Source: Lingula anatina (lineage: Eukaryota; Animalia; Brachiopoda). From it: a stretch of DNA of 64,000 nt. The DNA lies in contig CM120643.1 in NCBI GenBank assembly GCA_051362555.1, forward strand, positions 16,806,848-16,870,847, given 5' to 3'. The position numbers and the translations under genes are program-made. The notes beneath the pieces were generated by a model. The model saw only the letters and a list, made by a program, of their open reading frames with translations. It was not told the DNA's origin and did no database searches. Below, in pieces: positions 1-13,300 of this stretch. Within the stretch, counting starts at the first letter, position 1. Each line of letters starts with the position of its first letter.

Positions 1-340
1 GAAGTGAGAGCTACAGCATTGTGTGAAATGATATTGTGGCATGTCGCATGCATTGTAGTGTTGGGCATAACAACATGGGTACAGACTATATAGCATAGCT
101 CATAAGTGGAAAAGTTGCACATGCATCATCAATGGTTCACCGAGTCTTTGCATAAGCAAGCTTAGCAACTGTGCTATATTTTATGTGCACATTTGGGACG
201 AGGAAAGTCAAGATATGTAGGTGATCCGTGAAAATATTAATTAAGAATGTGTACTGTCTGTAAAAGAGACTAAATGACTCAAAAGACTCAATGAACTTCC
301 GTGTAGGGAGTACAACCCTCTTGCTGTGGAATTAGAAACA

Positions 341-735
341 GTGGACTTCTGGTATTTTATAGTGGTCAGTGTACTTACTGTGTTTTCTCGTGGTCTGTGG
401 ATTTCTGGTGTTTTATCATGGCTAGTGGATTTCTGGTGTTTTATCATGGTCAGTGGATTTCTGGGTTTTTTATCATGGTCAGTGGATTTCTGGTGTTTTA
501 TCATGGCCAGTGGATTTCTAGTTTTTTATCATGGCTAGTGGATTTCTGGTTTTTTATCATGGTTAGTTGATTTCTGGTGTTTTATCATGGCCAGTGGATT
601 TCTGGTTTTTTATCATGGTCAGTGGATTTCTGGTTTTTTATCATGGCCAGTGGATTTCTGGTTTTTTATCATGGTTAGTTGATTTCTGGTGTTTTATCAT
701 GGTCAGTGGATTTCTGGTTTTTTATCATGGTCAGT
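341..735. repeat. Minisatellite, 28-bp unit (GTGGATTTCTGGTGTTTTATCATGGTCA), about 12 copies plus a degenerate 5' edge
   Basis: Unit directly visible at 397-735; it explains the repetitive ORFs 241..504, 326..538 and 567..797. Confidence 0.95.
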
Positions 736-844
736 ACATTATCATTGTACTTTTATTTCTGATGCACCACCAGATGCCTTTTGTCATTACAAACTAGTTA
801 CAGACTCATCATCATCATCATTCCTCTTCGTCCCATGTGTACTT

Positions 845-985
845 AGGATGGACGAGAACTGAGTACCAAAGGTAGCTCTGAGATGGACACCACCTGGCAA
901 AAGAAAGAGAGGAAGGCCCAAGACTACCTGGCGCCGAACAGTTACAGACTGGGCATGCTGTTACGCCTTCGTGGCCGAGTGCCTT
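845..985 (+). mobile_element. RTE-clade LINE 3' remnant
   Basis: Translates to PKVALRWTPPGKRKRGRPKTTWRRTV, the characteristic C-terminal motif of RTE-type non-LTR ORFs. Confidence 0.7.
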
Positions 986-1821
986 ATGAAGGTACAGAGA
1001 ACAATGTACTTACTGGTGTCTCAGAGTCAAAAAACCAAGAAAAAGCCAAGAGCTGGTTCTAAAGGCCAAAAGAGATCCCAAAGAGCAGACCAAAGAGGCC
1101 AATTTATTTCAAGTTACACCTTATATACATGATCAGATAGTACACGTTTACCAATCGGAACCAATAACACAATGAACAGTTTTACCTTTAAGTTACCAAT
1201 CACAGGAGAGATTCAAACTTACACACCGGACTATACTTTACTTATGGAGACATCTACCGGTAGCAGTATAAAACAATCTCAACTAACACACTACATCGTT
1301 ACAATGCCTCATGCTAGTCATTTTATGCTATCATCTGTAGGGGCAATTTTAAAATACCCATCACAAGACTTGCATTCAGCACTTGCTTTAAAAATAAAAA
1401 AAACTGCTTGTAGATTTAAATGCTAAAACATTGCATGGAGGCTAAAAATGCATGTTCAGGGCAAGACTTACTTGTATCAATGTGTGACCTACTTTCTTGA
1501 GGAAAAGTTCAGTAAAGGGCAAAGCACTGAGTATACAAGTAGTCATGGACTTGGCACCCCGGTATTTTCAATGCACTAGCGTCAGACTAGACTAAGTCTT
1601 TCAGCTTGTCAAAAATTCCAGGGGATAAGTTAGATGCCAAATAATTGTTCCGTGTGGGAGTTATTGGAAAAATTAATAATTATACTAGCAGAAAAGGTGT
1701 ACCATTGGGAAAACCGTGTGGAAAAAAAGGTGTACTGTCTGGAGAAAAAATCTTGAAAAAAGTAATTGTACCGGTACGAATTTTTGGAACTTAAGAGTAC
1801 TTTCACTTTTGTTTCTGGCAG

Positions 1822-2431
1822 GAAGTAGCAGTACCGCAGACATAAATGAAGAAACAGAATCAGATGATGAGGCATCGGAGGCACAATCTAACAGTCCTAG
1901 GAAAACTATTTTCTTCAAACATACTGCAAAAGAGGTAAGTGGTTTTATGTTTGATTTATATTGGCAGTACTGGGAACATGGTGGGTATTAACATTTTTAA
2001 CAATTAGATCCCATTCCCACAGATTTTAGATCGATCTATCCCAGTGGGGAGTCTCACTAGATTACTGTCAGCTTAGCCGGCTTAAGCGTCTGTCCTGCCT
2101 ACATAAAGCTGTAAGGGGGTAATAAACTGTCGTGCGCGCTAGGCTGACTGCTATTTAGCGTGAACCCCCATGGAGTTAGGTCGATCCGGATGGATCGATC
2201 TAAATCTCTGGGAATGCACTCTTAGTCATAACTCCACAATACCCAAGCATTTATACTTTTAAGTCTACACATTAATGTCTGACTAGTCCTAAAAACAATA
2301 TACTATTCATTGGTATCGTTTAGGAAGTCTGTCACTATGTAAACATTGCAAAACTGGAGAAATTTTTTTAGGTTTTTATTGGATTTTACCTGCTTGTGTA
2401 ATTTGCCACTTTTTTCTTTCTAGTTTCACTC

Positions 2432-2516
<85 letters not shown>

Positions 2517-3408
2517 TTTTCTATACAAAAGGATACAGTCCACTCCACCACATCAAACTCCAGTCAAGAAGAAAATGACGATGCCCAAAAGCCAAAGAGC
2601 AAAATCAACAGCCCAAGAGATATCTACCTGCAGTTTGCTGCCTCGTCTTCTCCATTAGACCAACCCAAGTCTATCCTTAAAGCTAGTAACCCTGGTCACC
2701 CCACAGACTACACTAGTCAGGGAAGATCTCAGACTATATGTAGTCCTGGTCCTGTGTCAGATGTCACATGTCAAGATGTCGAGACACAGAACCCTGCATT
2801 GAAACCAGCAAACACACCTCAAGTAAGTTCCAAAGCCGTAAGTTGGGTGCTTGAGTTTTCGCACTTGCATGAGGGTGAAGATTTTAAGGAAACATTTAAC
2901 AAATGTGAACATGCTTTAGTTCGAATTGGTTGTTTAAGTGGATTTTAAAGCAAGAAGGGCTCTTCTGATGTTTGATAAACTGTAAAAAAAACTTGAATAC
3001 TTTAATAAAAATAAGTTTTTGAATGAAGCTGTTTGAAAAATGACTTCCACTGTGTTAAGACCCACAGTCTAGCACATTCAGGTTATCTTGCTCAGACAAC
3101 AAGAATTTGACAGGGCTATTTTTAACAACTTTAAAGTTTTGCTAAATAATAATATTTCCTTAATGCAAAAACAATATCAATTGATTTTTGATTTGTCAAA
3201 CATGGACAACCAAAACCATTGTGTTTGTTAGTTTTATGAGTTTGAAGTTTTTAACCCTTTTGTGATCCAGGCATTCACAGGGTCTGTGATAGAAAGGTCA
3301 AGTTTATCCACGTCCAATACCACAGAGGTTCAAGACCCCACTCCCTTACAGCCACAGAAGAGAGTCTCCAAGTTTAAAGCTCAAAGACTTCAACAAGAGA
3401 AGAGGTAG
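1822..3408 (+). CDS. URI1: Unconventional prefoldin RPB5 interactor (URI1), last three coding exons; 5' part not identified in the window
   Basis: Exons 1822-1934, 2532-2822 (or 2837) and 3271-3408 have AG/GT boundaries and consistent phase. Peptides ...KTIFFKHTAKE / ...INSPRDIYLQF...PKSILK... / AFTGSVIER...KRVSKFKAQRLQQEKR* match URI motifs, including the C-terminal URI box. Confidence 0.9.
2007..2221. mobile_element. ~215-bp MITE (PIF/Harbinger, Tourist-like), copy 1, in a URI1 intron
   Basis: Imperfect TIRs (CATTCCCACAGATTTTAGATCGATC / GATCGATCTAAATCTCTGGGAATG), TTA on both sides (2004-2006, 2222-2224); related copies at ~41843 and ~62913. Confidence 0.8.
2437..2520. repeat. (TA)n microsatellite followed by a poly-T tract
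   Basis: Directly visible; the T run forms the polypyrimidine tract of the acceptor at 2531. Confidence 0.95.
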
Positions 3409-4820
3409 CAGTGGCTCCACTCTCGTTAGTCAGAGATGTACTAGTACTTCATGGTGCTATAGGTAAAAAGAGACTCTTAAGCTAGACGAGAACAAATGTT
3501 AAAAATACACTCTATGAATGAAGATATTTTTATATTTGCCAGTAATTCTGTGGAGATATTTGTGGCTAGTGATCATGTAGTGGAAAGGCACTGTGTGTAT
3601 GTGAAGTACTCACATTGATATTGAAATTATACTAGAAATATGATGTGAGTAGGTAACGTACAATCAAGATATAACAGAATGAAAGGATAGGTCATCAACT
3701 ATGGCATCGCTGATTTAATATCAAGCTTTATTTAAAAAATATGAGGTGAATTCATTTATAGCACCATAGTCGAGTCCCATGAATCTTCAGACTGTTAAGC
3801 CTTATATATCAGGTAGCATAGAGGATGTTGTTCTTACTTAAAAACTAGACCAATGTAGGATGTGAGGTATACTATGCAAGTCCGGATTATTTCAATGAGT
3901 GATTGATAACCCAGTACAAATACACACTTACCGAGCAAATGTTTGTATTATATACCGTGATTATTGTTATTATTTGTAAGTCATTGTATTATATGGAATG
4001 AAACGGAATAATACAGTTACCTAGTACAGTCTTTTTTGCGCCAATGGCATAATTTGCTGATTATGATCTGTTTTTCTACCATCTATTTGTAGAAAAAAGA
4101 AGAAAAAAAAAGCTTAGGCAGCCTTGCTTTGCTTCAGCTACTATGTAACTGTATTATGTCAAAAATGGATACCCTTATTCCATAGGGTGCAACATTCCTA
4201 TTTGCAAATAGGAGTACAGTTTAAAATTTGATATCTTGAATTCAAAATTTAAGCTTACTTTTGGAGTGACAAAATGGAAAATAATCTGACAATTCATCAC
4301 ATTGTACATTGTTTTGCATAAACAGTTCACAGGCAGACCCACAACCCCAGTTTTCCTAATATATTGATGTGCTATTTGTTGCTTTCCCAAGGATACATTA
4401 CCATATCATAAAAGGAAAAAAAACTGTAATGACCGTCTTAAAGTCTGTCTTTGTCATCAGTAGTTTGATAACTGCTTGTGTTACTCTCTGTATAGTATTC
4501 CCCATCTTTCATGGCCGTACTATGTGATTTCTGATTGGAGACAACTTTTCAAAAAACAACACACAAGTGTCAATTCCTTTTCTGCAGCGTAAATTTTAGT
4601 GACTGACTTTTGACATGCATGTCTCTGTTCAATGTACATTACATCTTTCTAACTGCTATGTTCTGTGCTTACAAGGACGCCCAAAGTTAATACTCAGTAC
4701 AGACTTGCTCTCGAACCTCCAATCCATCTTTAAGAATTGTCTGAACTAATACTGTCCTAGCTAGTACTCTCTGAGCTAGAATTAATGTAGTATGTATTGT
4801 CTTGTCCAACTAGCATTGTA

Positions 4821-4891
4821 GTGCATTCGGAAGTTTTGGCGTAGCAGTGGCAAGGGTAAATAACCCAGCGCCATAAACTTCCGAACACACT
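4821..4891. repeat. Short inverted repeat / hairpin, possible mini-MITE
   Basis: AGTGCATTCGGAAGTTTTGGCG ... CGCCATAAACTTCCGAACACACT, near-perfect arms. Confidence 0.6.
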
Positions 4892-5565
4892 GACTCAGTC
4901 TTCGGTGTCATCTGCACAGAGGTGCTAATCCCAATTCTTGCATACGCCACCAAAGCGACTGGCAAATATGAAAAAAGCACTCCCTCACTGTTGTTTGGAA
5001 CCCTGTACTGTTTTCAAAGGTTATGTTTTAAAATTGTTTATTAATAATATAATCATGTGAGCTTTAGATAATGACTGCCCTTTGAAAAGGATATCACCTT
5101 TGATCATGTGTAATGAGTCTTTTTTGACTCAATCAAGTTTTCACTAATGGGGTATTAACTTGCTTTGGTTTGGCCTTCATACTGGGTCTGTATAAACTAT
5201 CTTTGGATCTGGTTCTTTCTTTGGAGTTTCTTGGGTAGCTAGTTCTTTGGTGTTTTTTTGGTAGCTGGTATGGGAATATCCAATATCTTGGGCTTTGGGT
5301 TTCTTTCATTTGCTCTGTAGTTTGATAAGCGCAGGTACCTTCCGTAGTTTCATCCCTTGTATTCTACTATATAATAGGATCTTGGAGAGTGATGATGATC
5401 ATTGCTTGGCTCCAGGAAAGGGTGCCATGTACACTGGGTCTCCTTTCACTAAGACTGGCATGTCTCTACTCGCTTTCCTGTCATAATTGGGGAATTACCG
5501 ATGGCATGGTAATTACGGGTGAAGACCGAACTGAACTGGTCGACTAGAATGTCAGCTTTCGATTT

Positions 5566-8500
5566 TTTTTGTAAACCTACGTCATCAGGAACATTACTTG
5601 GTCAGAATAATAATATGCCTTTATTGTCTAAGTAATAGTTGGTAACACTTCCCACCATATTCAACATAATTGACCTATATTATATAGAAGTAACTTACAA
5701 TTACTTAAAACACCAACAAACAAAGACCACGATAGAGGTCGCTGCGCGACCAAGATAAGACCAAGTGTAGTTCCCAGACTCCAGTTTTTGTAAACCTACG
5801 TCATCAGGAACAACACTTGGTCAGAATAATAATATGCCTAAATAGGGAGAGAAAAAATATGAAAAAGAAACTTAACCCCATAGGATCCAGTTAATGCTGA
5901 CCCATAAAGCTCTGCTGTGCCCAATTAATTCTGTGAGCTAGCCTTGAAAAGCCGGGTCACCTCAGTAAATTGGTCATAATTTGTTTGTTTGCCTTTATTA
6001 CCCATACAAAGTATACATTTTTAAAAAGCCAATATTTCAGGCTAAATGAAAATAGAATTACATTTAAATTTAACATGCAGTATCAAAAGTTATAGCCGGT
6101 TAAAAACTACATTTTCATTTGGTAATGGGTAAAATAAAACAAAGTTGATTTATCTTATGCACATCAATTTTTTATTTTTTATACATTTGCCTGAAAATTC
6201 ACAGGGATGATGTCAATTATAGTAACTTTCAATTCAGGAAATTTCAGCAATTTATCTCTATCAATTTTCAAGTTATGATCGTTTTGCTATCAGGTATACC
6301 AGCTTTTCAGCTCACCTGAACATCGTGGCCAGAGCTGAATAGAAGTCAAATTTTTACACCATCTATGACAAAAACATCTTTAAAACTTATATCATGAATA
6401 AAGGAATATCATCCCCACTGTCTATATCACTGTCACTCGAAAACACCTTATCAGTGTCGTAGTTTTCAATCATTTCAATAACAGTATTCATTCGCAGGCC
6501 TCTTCAGTAGTGAGAAGTCGCCATTTTGATTTTACTTTCACCAGCTAGGTCTAGAAAATCGCTGATTTCTCGCTCATATATATTTCTATCATCCTTTATA
6601 TCATAAATAAATGAATATCAACGTTACTGTCACATGAAAACTTCTCTTCAAAGTCCTGATTTTCAATCATTTCAATAACAGTATCCCTTCGCAGGTCCCT
6701 ACCGTAGCGAGGAGCCGCCATCTTGATTTTACTTTCTCCAACTAAGTCTTGAAAATCGCCGTTTTCTCGCTCATATATATTTCTATCGCCTTTAAAAATG
6801 GTGGCAATGAGAGACAAGAAACATACCCGGATGTTAAACTATATATCATTTCATGACTCACGATACAAAAGAGTACAGAAGACGATCTTTCCAAGATACG
6901 CACATATGCGGTTCTGGGCGTTTGGGGTAAGCGATAATTGAACCGCACATGCGGTGACGGGCTCTATGGGGTTAAAATAAGTTGAACACTCATAGTCAAA
7001 GGGTAACAACAAGAACATTTAACGTCTTAAGTAAAAAAGACGAAACTGCTAAGAGTACAAAACATGGAAAATTGCTAAAATGTGCAAGAAATACACAATA
7101 AATGGAACAAGCACTATATGGGAAGCGAACTGCTACCCTAAATAGTGAAAACAAGGAAATGTCAGCGCAGGAATAGAGACAACCTGCCTACTCCCTAAAT
7201 GTGAAGTTAAGTTCTCACTTTTAAGAAAATATGAACTACACAAGTCATTCTCCTTTTAGCAAGTCTGTGGTAAATGAATTTGGGGGTTTACTATGTACAT
7301 AGTGTTAAAAAAACACTGATGGTGTTTTCCATCGGCCCAGTTTCATGACAATCTCCGGCTGCACATTGTTTGCAATAGCATAAGTTGCTCCAGTAGGACG
7401 GAATGATTTAGCAGAATATACGTCCGTTGAAAGTCCAGCAGCCTTGATACTGTCATTAAGAATGCATGCTATAGATGATGCATCCTAGGGATTAAAAGGC
7501 TTCCGAAGGGACAAAAAAAAAAAACAGGACCGTCCGGAGTTTGATGCTGGTTCATTCTAAGAATGTAGTCTCTGAGAGCAATAACTGGATCAAGTTTACT
7601 ATTAGAACAAGGCGGAATATGCACCTCAAATCCAGTTCTCTGAATATCATTCTTAATACCAAGGAAAATGATTTTCAAAGAGCCATTCTCTTCTAACAAC
7701 AACTGATCAGTAGTAAATCATACTTATACTAAGAGTGCTTGGATTAAAAACTACTGATTTTGGAGCAATATCGGAAGGCCTTAACATGACTACAAGTGAC
7801 AATAAAGTAACTTTGTTAAGTCTAAGCTCCTTAACAGACAAGCTGTCATTATCAGGCCACATTGTAAACAAACTATGAAAAGCATTAACTGGTAAAACTG
7901 CTGAATGTTGCATTGGACTTACTGTCGAGGACTTGACAAGTGCCACATAGAGCCTTTGAATGTCATTGTCACTAACAAGATTAGGTAAACCAGAACTTTC
8001 ATAATAACAAGACAGTGCTGCTAAGGCAGTCTTTAATTGAGATCTCGGTTTATCCGAGGAGTTTGCAATATGACATAAGAATGATGCAATAACTGAAGTA
8101 TGCACTGGTGGAAATACTGCAGACATCCCAACACAAAATTTATATAGTTTCTCAATAGAACCATTGTAAAGGCGTAATGTAGATGGAGCTAAACATTGTG
8201 GAAACTGCATTGCAGCTCTATTGGACCAACCACTGCTTATTAACCTGGTGTTCCAGATACTCGCCATGCGTAAATTTTCCACTTTCGGTTCCTTAAAGGT
8301 TCTGGAGAAGTCATCCTCGACAGCACCGAATAGCGGTTTATCTTTAACTTCAGTGGAGGAGCCACTGTCATTTTCCGCAGTTTTTGGAACCATACCTGCC
8401 CTGGCCAATACGGGGCAATTACCGTGGCCACAGCCTGCTGTTGTATTATCATATCTAATACCTCTGGAAGCAGGCGAAATGGTGGATTCACAAAGTTGTT

Positions 8501-9278
8501 GTGTGAAAACCAATCTCTCTGAGCTAGAGCGTCCATTCCTGAAGTTAGTGGATCCCAATACTGACTGTTGTAATAAGGCAGATGTGTTGTTTGCACTGAT
8601 GCGAAGCAAGTATGAGGACCCCATAGCTGATCTATGTAACCAAAGAGGCGAGGATGTAACTTCCATTCGAATTTGCTTGTCAACCGAGATAAATAATCTG
8701 CTGTTACATTGCTTTTGCCTGGCAAGTGACGTGCTAGCAATGTTATATTGTTTTCCAGGCATTCTGCCCAAATTGCTTTCGCCACATTTCGGTCACATTG
8801 TCTTACAAGAACTGAATCACTTTTCCTTTGAGATGATCCCTAAATGACACAACAGCCAACAGAACTGTTATAAGTTCTTGGTAACTGGAAGACTAGAATG
8901 ACACCCTTGCATTCCAAAGTCCTTGTGCTTGTTTGCCCTGATACACAGCGCCCCAACCAATGTGGCTGGCATCCGTCTCCAGTTGCCCATCTATCTGGGC
9001 TCTGTAACTCGAAAGGTTCGCTATGTTGCGCACGTGAGCAAGTGTCTCGATTCCATGGCCCCGTATCTCGAAACGGGCTTTGATGTTTGGACTGCCAAGC
9101 AAACGATAAATGTCTTTACGCAAGTTGCATATTCTCTGCTTTGGTACTTTTAATTCTGGTACCCCACTGTCACCACAAGAGTCGATAACATAACCTATGT
9201 ACTGAATTTTCGATGTAACAGTTGGAATCAACAATGACTTCTCATAGTTAATATTCCAACCAGTTGATTCCAATATAT
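5566..9278 (-). mobile_element. DIRS/PAT-like tyrosine-recombinase retrotransposon, 5'-truncated and degenerate (partial RT, RNase H, methyltransferase-like domain, YR)
   Basis: RT end/RNase H (GWNINYEKS, TDASHIGWGA, HLPGKSNVTADYLSR); DIRS MT domain (FVNPPF...VIAPYWP); overlapping YR ORF ~8270-7245 (LRPSD, SAKSFRPTGAT, LGRWKT...HYVH) with frameshifts; 55-bp direct repeats at 5566-5620 and 5785-5839 consistent with split direct repeats. Confidence 0.85.
5876..6971 (-). mobile_element. Non-autonomous piggyBac-like element inserted in the DIRS 3' region
   Basis: TTAA at 5872-5875 and 6972-6975; TIR CCCCATAG...CTATGGGG; internal diverged ~205-bp tandem duplication (~6388-6790) encoding an acidic transposase-like N-terminus (MAAPRY...VIEMIENQD). 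Confidence 0.8.
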
Positions 9279-10348
9279 TGTAACGCGACGCGGCCGTCCG
9301 CCTCGAGTCGGCGACGACACCCCGACGTGGTGTGGGATTGATGTTACCTGTACCTTGGGGGAAAGTCTATCCCCAACCTTCGGAAATAAAAAGACATGTA
9401 TTACATTTCCAATATGATTATTAAATCTTCAAACATTGAATACAAAAATTCATGCAATATAAACGTGACTTATGGCCATGTAACTCGACTCCCTTCACAC
9501 GGGAGGAACACTCTTGGGCTGGAACTCAGCATCAGACCCAAGTGGACATCCGCTCTGCTATGGCGCCCCAGACCCAGGCCGGCTTTTCACCAGGGGTCGT
9601 CATCCACAATAACTGCAACCTACGCTTAGCCTTAACTACACACTGCTGTCAAGGGATTGACGGCTGTGAAAATAACGAACTTAAGTACTTACTGCTGTCA
9701 ATAAAACGACTGCAGTAACAATAACAAACTTAACTGATCTGTGTCCATAATCAGACTCAGTATAAACTGTTACAGTTAGTAATGAAAACTGGGGCTACGT
9801 CGGAATAAAATTTCAGTAAAGCTTCTGCGTTAATCTAGCAATGGAATAAATGCAGTTATAAACTACCGTTAAATCTACTGAACATTTAAATTCTCTATCG
9901 GGTTTCCCCCCTAAAAAAAAAAATAATAAAATGAAGCGGGCTAGCCCCTAAGGGCTGCCCTAACACTCACTGATGATTCTTCTTTTCTCTCCTCTATACC
10001 GGCACCTTCGAATAGACAGCCAGACCGGACGCTTCCATCAGCGCACTTCTCTATTTATACTCTGACGCGGCGACGTCATCAGCCGCGCAAAGCACGAGCT
10101 TCGCGTACGGCGTAGGTCAGCATGAAGTGGCATATATGGCGGCTTCCATGCATCAATGCACTGTATCGGTAGTTTTGTCTTCTTTAGATTAAAGTTTCCT
10201 ACAATCGACAGAAACAATTGTAGTAGGGGGAATCAAATAAAGGTGGAGGGCAGGTACGTAAGCGCTAACCCTTCCATAGTGAATTTCTGAAGAGATAAGG
10301 TGGAAATGTTGTATTGGAATGCAAAACGGAGGGGGGGGGAACATTACA
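9279..10348 (-). mobile_element. ATAT-targeting LTR-like element 1 (probable Gypsy-type solo LTR)
   Basis: Starts TGTAAC, ends TTACA, ATAT TSD at 9275-9278 and 10349-10352; removing it restores the DIRS RT frame (HILESTGW); minus-strand TATAAATA at 10052-10059. Confidence 0.8.
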
Positions 10349-10355
10349 ATATGTA

Positions 10356-13300
10356 GGGTAGACCGGGGCTAAACGCCCCCCTTAAGAAATGTCACAGTTT
10401 TCCCTGCTGAAGGTATAGACCGTTCAAAGTGGGTGTTAACTATGAAGGGCTGCCTAGACTACAAACTGATACAATCACTTTTGGAAACAAACAAAAGAAA
10501 AACCTTATAGGTGAAAAATAAGTGAATTATAAAATCGGCCTTTTTGCCCCATTGCTGGGTCAATACGCCTCGCGCCATGGGGCTAAACGCCCACCGTGGG
10601 CGTCTTGCCCCAAACTATAGGCGTTATGCCCCGCCTTCGAACAAAGCAAAATTAAATCGAATTATATTTCTACGGTGGACTAAATAAGCCTTTAAAAACA
10701 ACAGATAATATTTGTCGGGGTATTGTTATAAATTGAGAAAAAAATCAAACGTATTCAAAATAATACAAAGTTTTATTTACTATGAAACAGTATAACTCTC
10801 AAAACTAACAGTCCATTGTCTTTATAACGTTGAAGTACTCTTTCTATCCTTTAATCATTATTCCATTCGCTAATATGAGATAGAAAAAAGTAAAAAATTG
10901 GTTATAATTAACAGTTATTTTATCTTTAAACAGTATTACTCTCAAAACTTAAATAACTTTTGTACCTTTAACTAGTTTCACTCCGTTTTACTCTGTAAAA
11001 ACCAGAAAATGTCACACGTTGGCAGAACAAACTGCTAAGTTTATTATAAAACAATAAAACTATTGTCTATAACTTTTAACCGGTCTTACTCCGTTTTTTT
11101 CACAATTCTGATTCCTGCTTCTTTACTCCAAAAAGACTGGAAAACGCTGGTAGAACAAACAGCAAAGTTTATCATCAAACAGTAATCTCTCTCTCAAAAC
11201 TAACTTCTAACAATACTAACTTCTAACTATTCTCTGTAATACTATTATCTTAATAAAAAATATCAATATTAATCAGAGTCATCTGATTCACAGTTTGGAC
11301 AGATAAATGTAGGGAGTCCTTCAGTGCATTCCTCATGAGCCCAAAGAAGACAGGACTGACACTGAACCCAAACATCCGCGGTCTTGTGCGACTATAAGAT
11401 TCGCAGCAGATGAGACACGGCCATTCCTCATCGTCGCTCGTTTCATCATCAGCTTTTTGCTTTCCTCTCCTTTTGATCTTTCCGCTTTCCTTTCTTTTCT
11501 GCTGTTTTGTTTGCTTTTTAGAGGCGTTGTTCTTGGTTTTTTTCATTGCGAGAGCAGCCTTATACGGCGACGAGGTTAGCACTGCCGCAGTTTCTGTTTT
11601 TCGCGTTCTTGTCCGCTTTGTTTGCAGCTTTGGAAGAGGGGAAAGGTCGTTAATAATGTCTCTGATTCCTTGGTTGTTTTGTAGTGGAGGAACGGTAGGT
11701 GTATCTGATATGGGAATATCGCCTCCATCTGACTGCATGGGTTGCAGCTGACTGTTCTGAAGTACGCAGTCCTAGTGGCCAACTTCCTGGCCGCACCTCG
11801 TGAAGCGGACGATCAGCTCAGCGTTTCTTTGTCTGTCGCCTTCTCCGTCACCATATCGCTGCACCATCTGACACTGATTGTCTACTACAACAATTGGCCG
11901 GTTGAGAACTTTGCTTGCTGCGATAATCTCGAACTCCCCCGGCAAGGACGTTGGCACTGCCATGGCCGCGATTCTGTCTTCCATGGAGGAATACCGTAAC
12001 CAGGCTGGAAGGTCAGCATTGATTGTTTCAATATCAAGGTTGTTATACCTGCTGTAATATTTACACATGTGGTTGATCACGTTGGCCCTTAAACCATCTG
12101 CAGCGCTCTTTTCCTGCATCTCTAACACTGTACTCTTCAAAATTCCATAAGTATTCCTCTCAGCTAATTGTAACTGTGGATTCATGCCAATTACTAGACT
12201 TCGAAATATACAACGCCCGTCACTACTTGCCTGGACGATACAAGTGCTGGACAAGGCCTCCGGTCGCCTGGTGTTGGTCGATGAGCAAAATGGCAATTCA
12301 TTAACAGGTGTGGGGCTTTCATCAGCTGGTAGGTTGCAAGAGGCAGCTGTGCTTTCTGCTGGGAGTTGTTCTGTGTGTTCTGTGTCCGGCTCGTCTGTCA
12401 CCAGCGCCCCCAAAAATGCATCATCTGCAAAAACATTGAGGTCATAGGGCCAAAGACCACATACTTTAAAACCGTGTACAGCTTTTTCCGGCAAAGCAGT
12501 CCTCAAAAAGGCCTTCCCAGATGGACCAGCCATGTCGTAGACTGTGATCCAACACCCAGGGTTAGAGACCATCCAACTGTCGGCTTCAGCATTAAATGCA
12601 CTTTTCAAGGATTTGAAATAGGCTCTGTCCAGCAGTTGCAGCTTATGAGTGCTATGTGGGGGCAATGTGAGAAGCTCAATTCCATTCTCCCGACAAAAAT
12701 CTATGGCCTCCAGAGTCTTGTGACTGTGATGCCCATCCAGCAATATGATATGGGTGTCTTGGCGAGAGCAGGCTGTAAAACTGACTAAGTGCCTCAACCA
12801 CGTGAGAAATAGCTCCGAGTCTGTCCATCCACTTTGACTTGCATATCCTACAGCATCTGGTGGCGCGTCTTTCATGAGCGTTTCGACCATTCTTTTTCTT
12901 GGAAAGATATACATGGGTGGCACAAAGTTTCCTGTTGCGCTGAAGGCACAGATCAGGGTCACCAAATCTCCCCACTCAGCACTTGTGATTTTACTGACTT
13001 GTGGCATTCCCTTTGCCACCATAATCTTACCAGGCTTTTGGACAGTGGTAAGTCCGGTCTCGTCCATATTCCAAATTCGGGACAGCGCGTAGTGATGGGC
13101 GTCTAGACATGCTTTCTACATGCCAAAGAAATTGGTCACTTGCGGCTTATTAAAGCCTACAGCACGCGCGATGCTGGTTGACTGAGGCTGACGAATGCTT
13201 AGGCCGTGTCGCGAGAGAAAACCTTGCACCCAGTCCTGCCCTGCCATCCATAGCTTCCTATTAAACGGATGGACGACCTGTGCTTTTTCCGCCACATCAT

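Noticed and set aside
341-797. CRISPR-like periodicity and membrane-protein-like ORFs
   Set aside because: The 28-bp units are contiguous with no unique spacers, the context is eukaryotic, and the ORFs are translations of the minisatellite.
8221-8847. 208-aa plus-strand ORF
   Set aside because: Antisense shadow of the overlapping DIRS RNase H/MT and YR frames; no motifs.
11772-13118. Programmed stop-codon readthrough at the two in-frame TAGs of the pogo ORF
   Set aside because: The element is truncated and frameshifted; single-base decay of Tyr codons is the simpler explanation.
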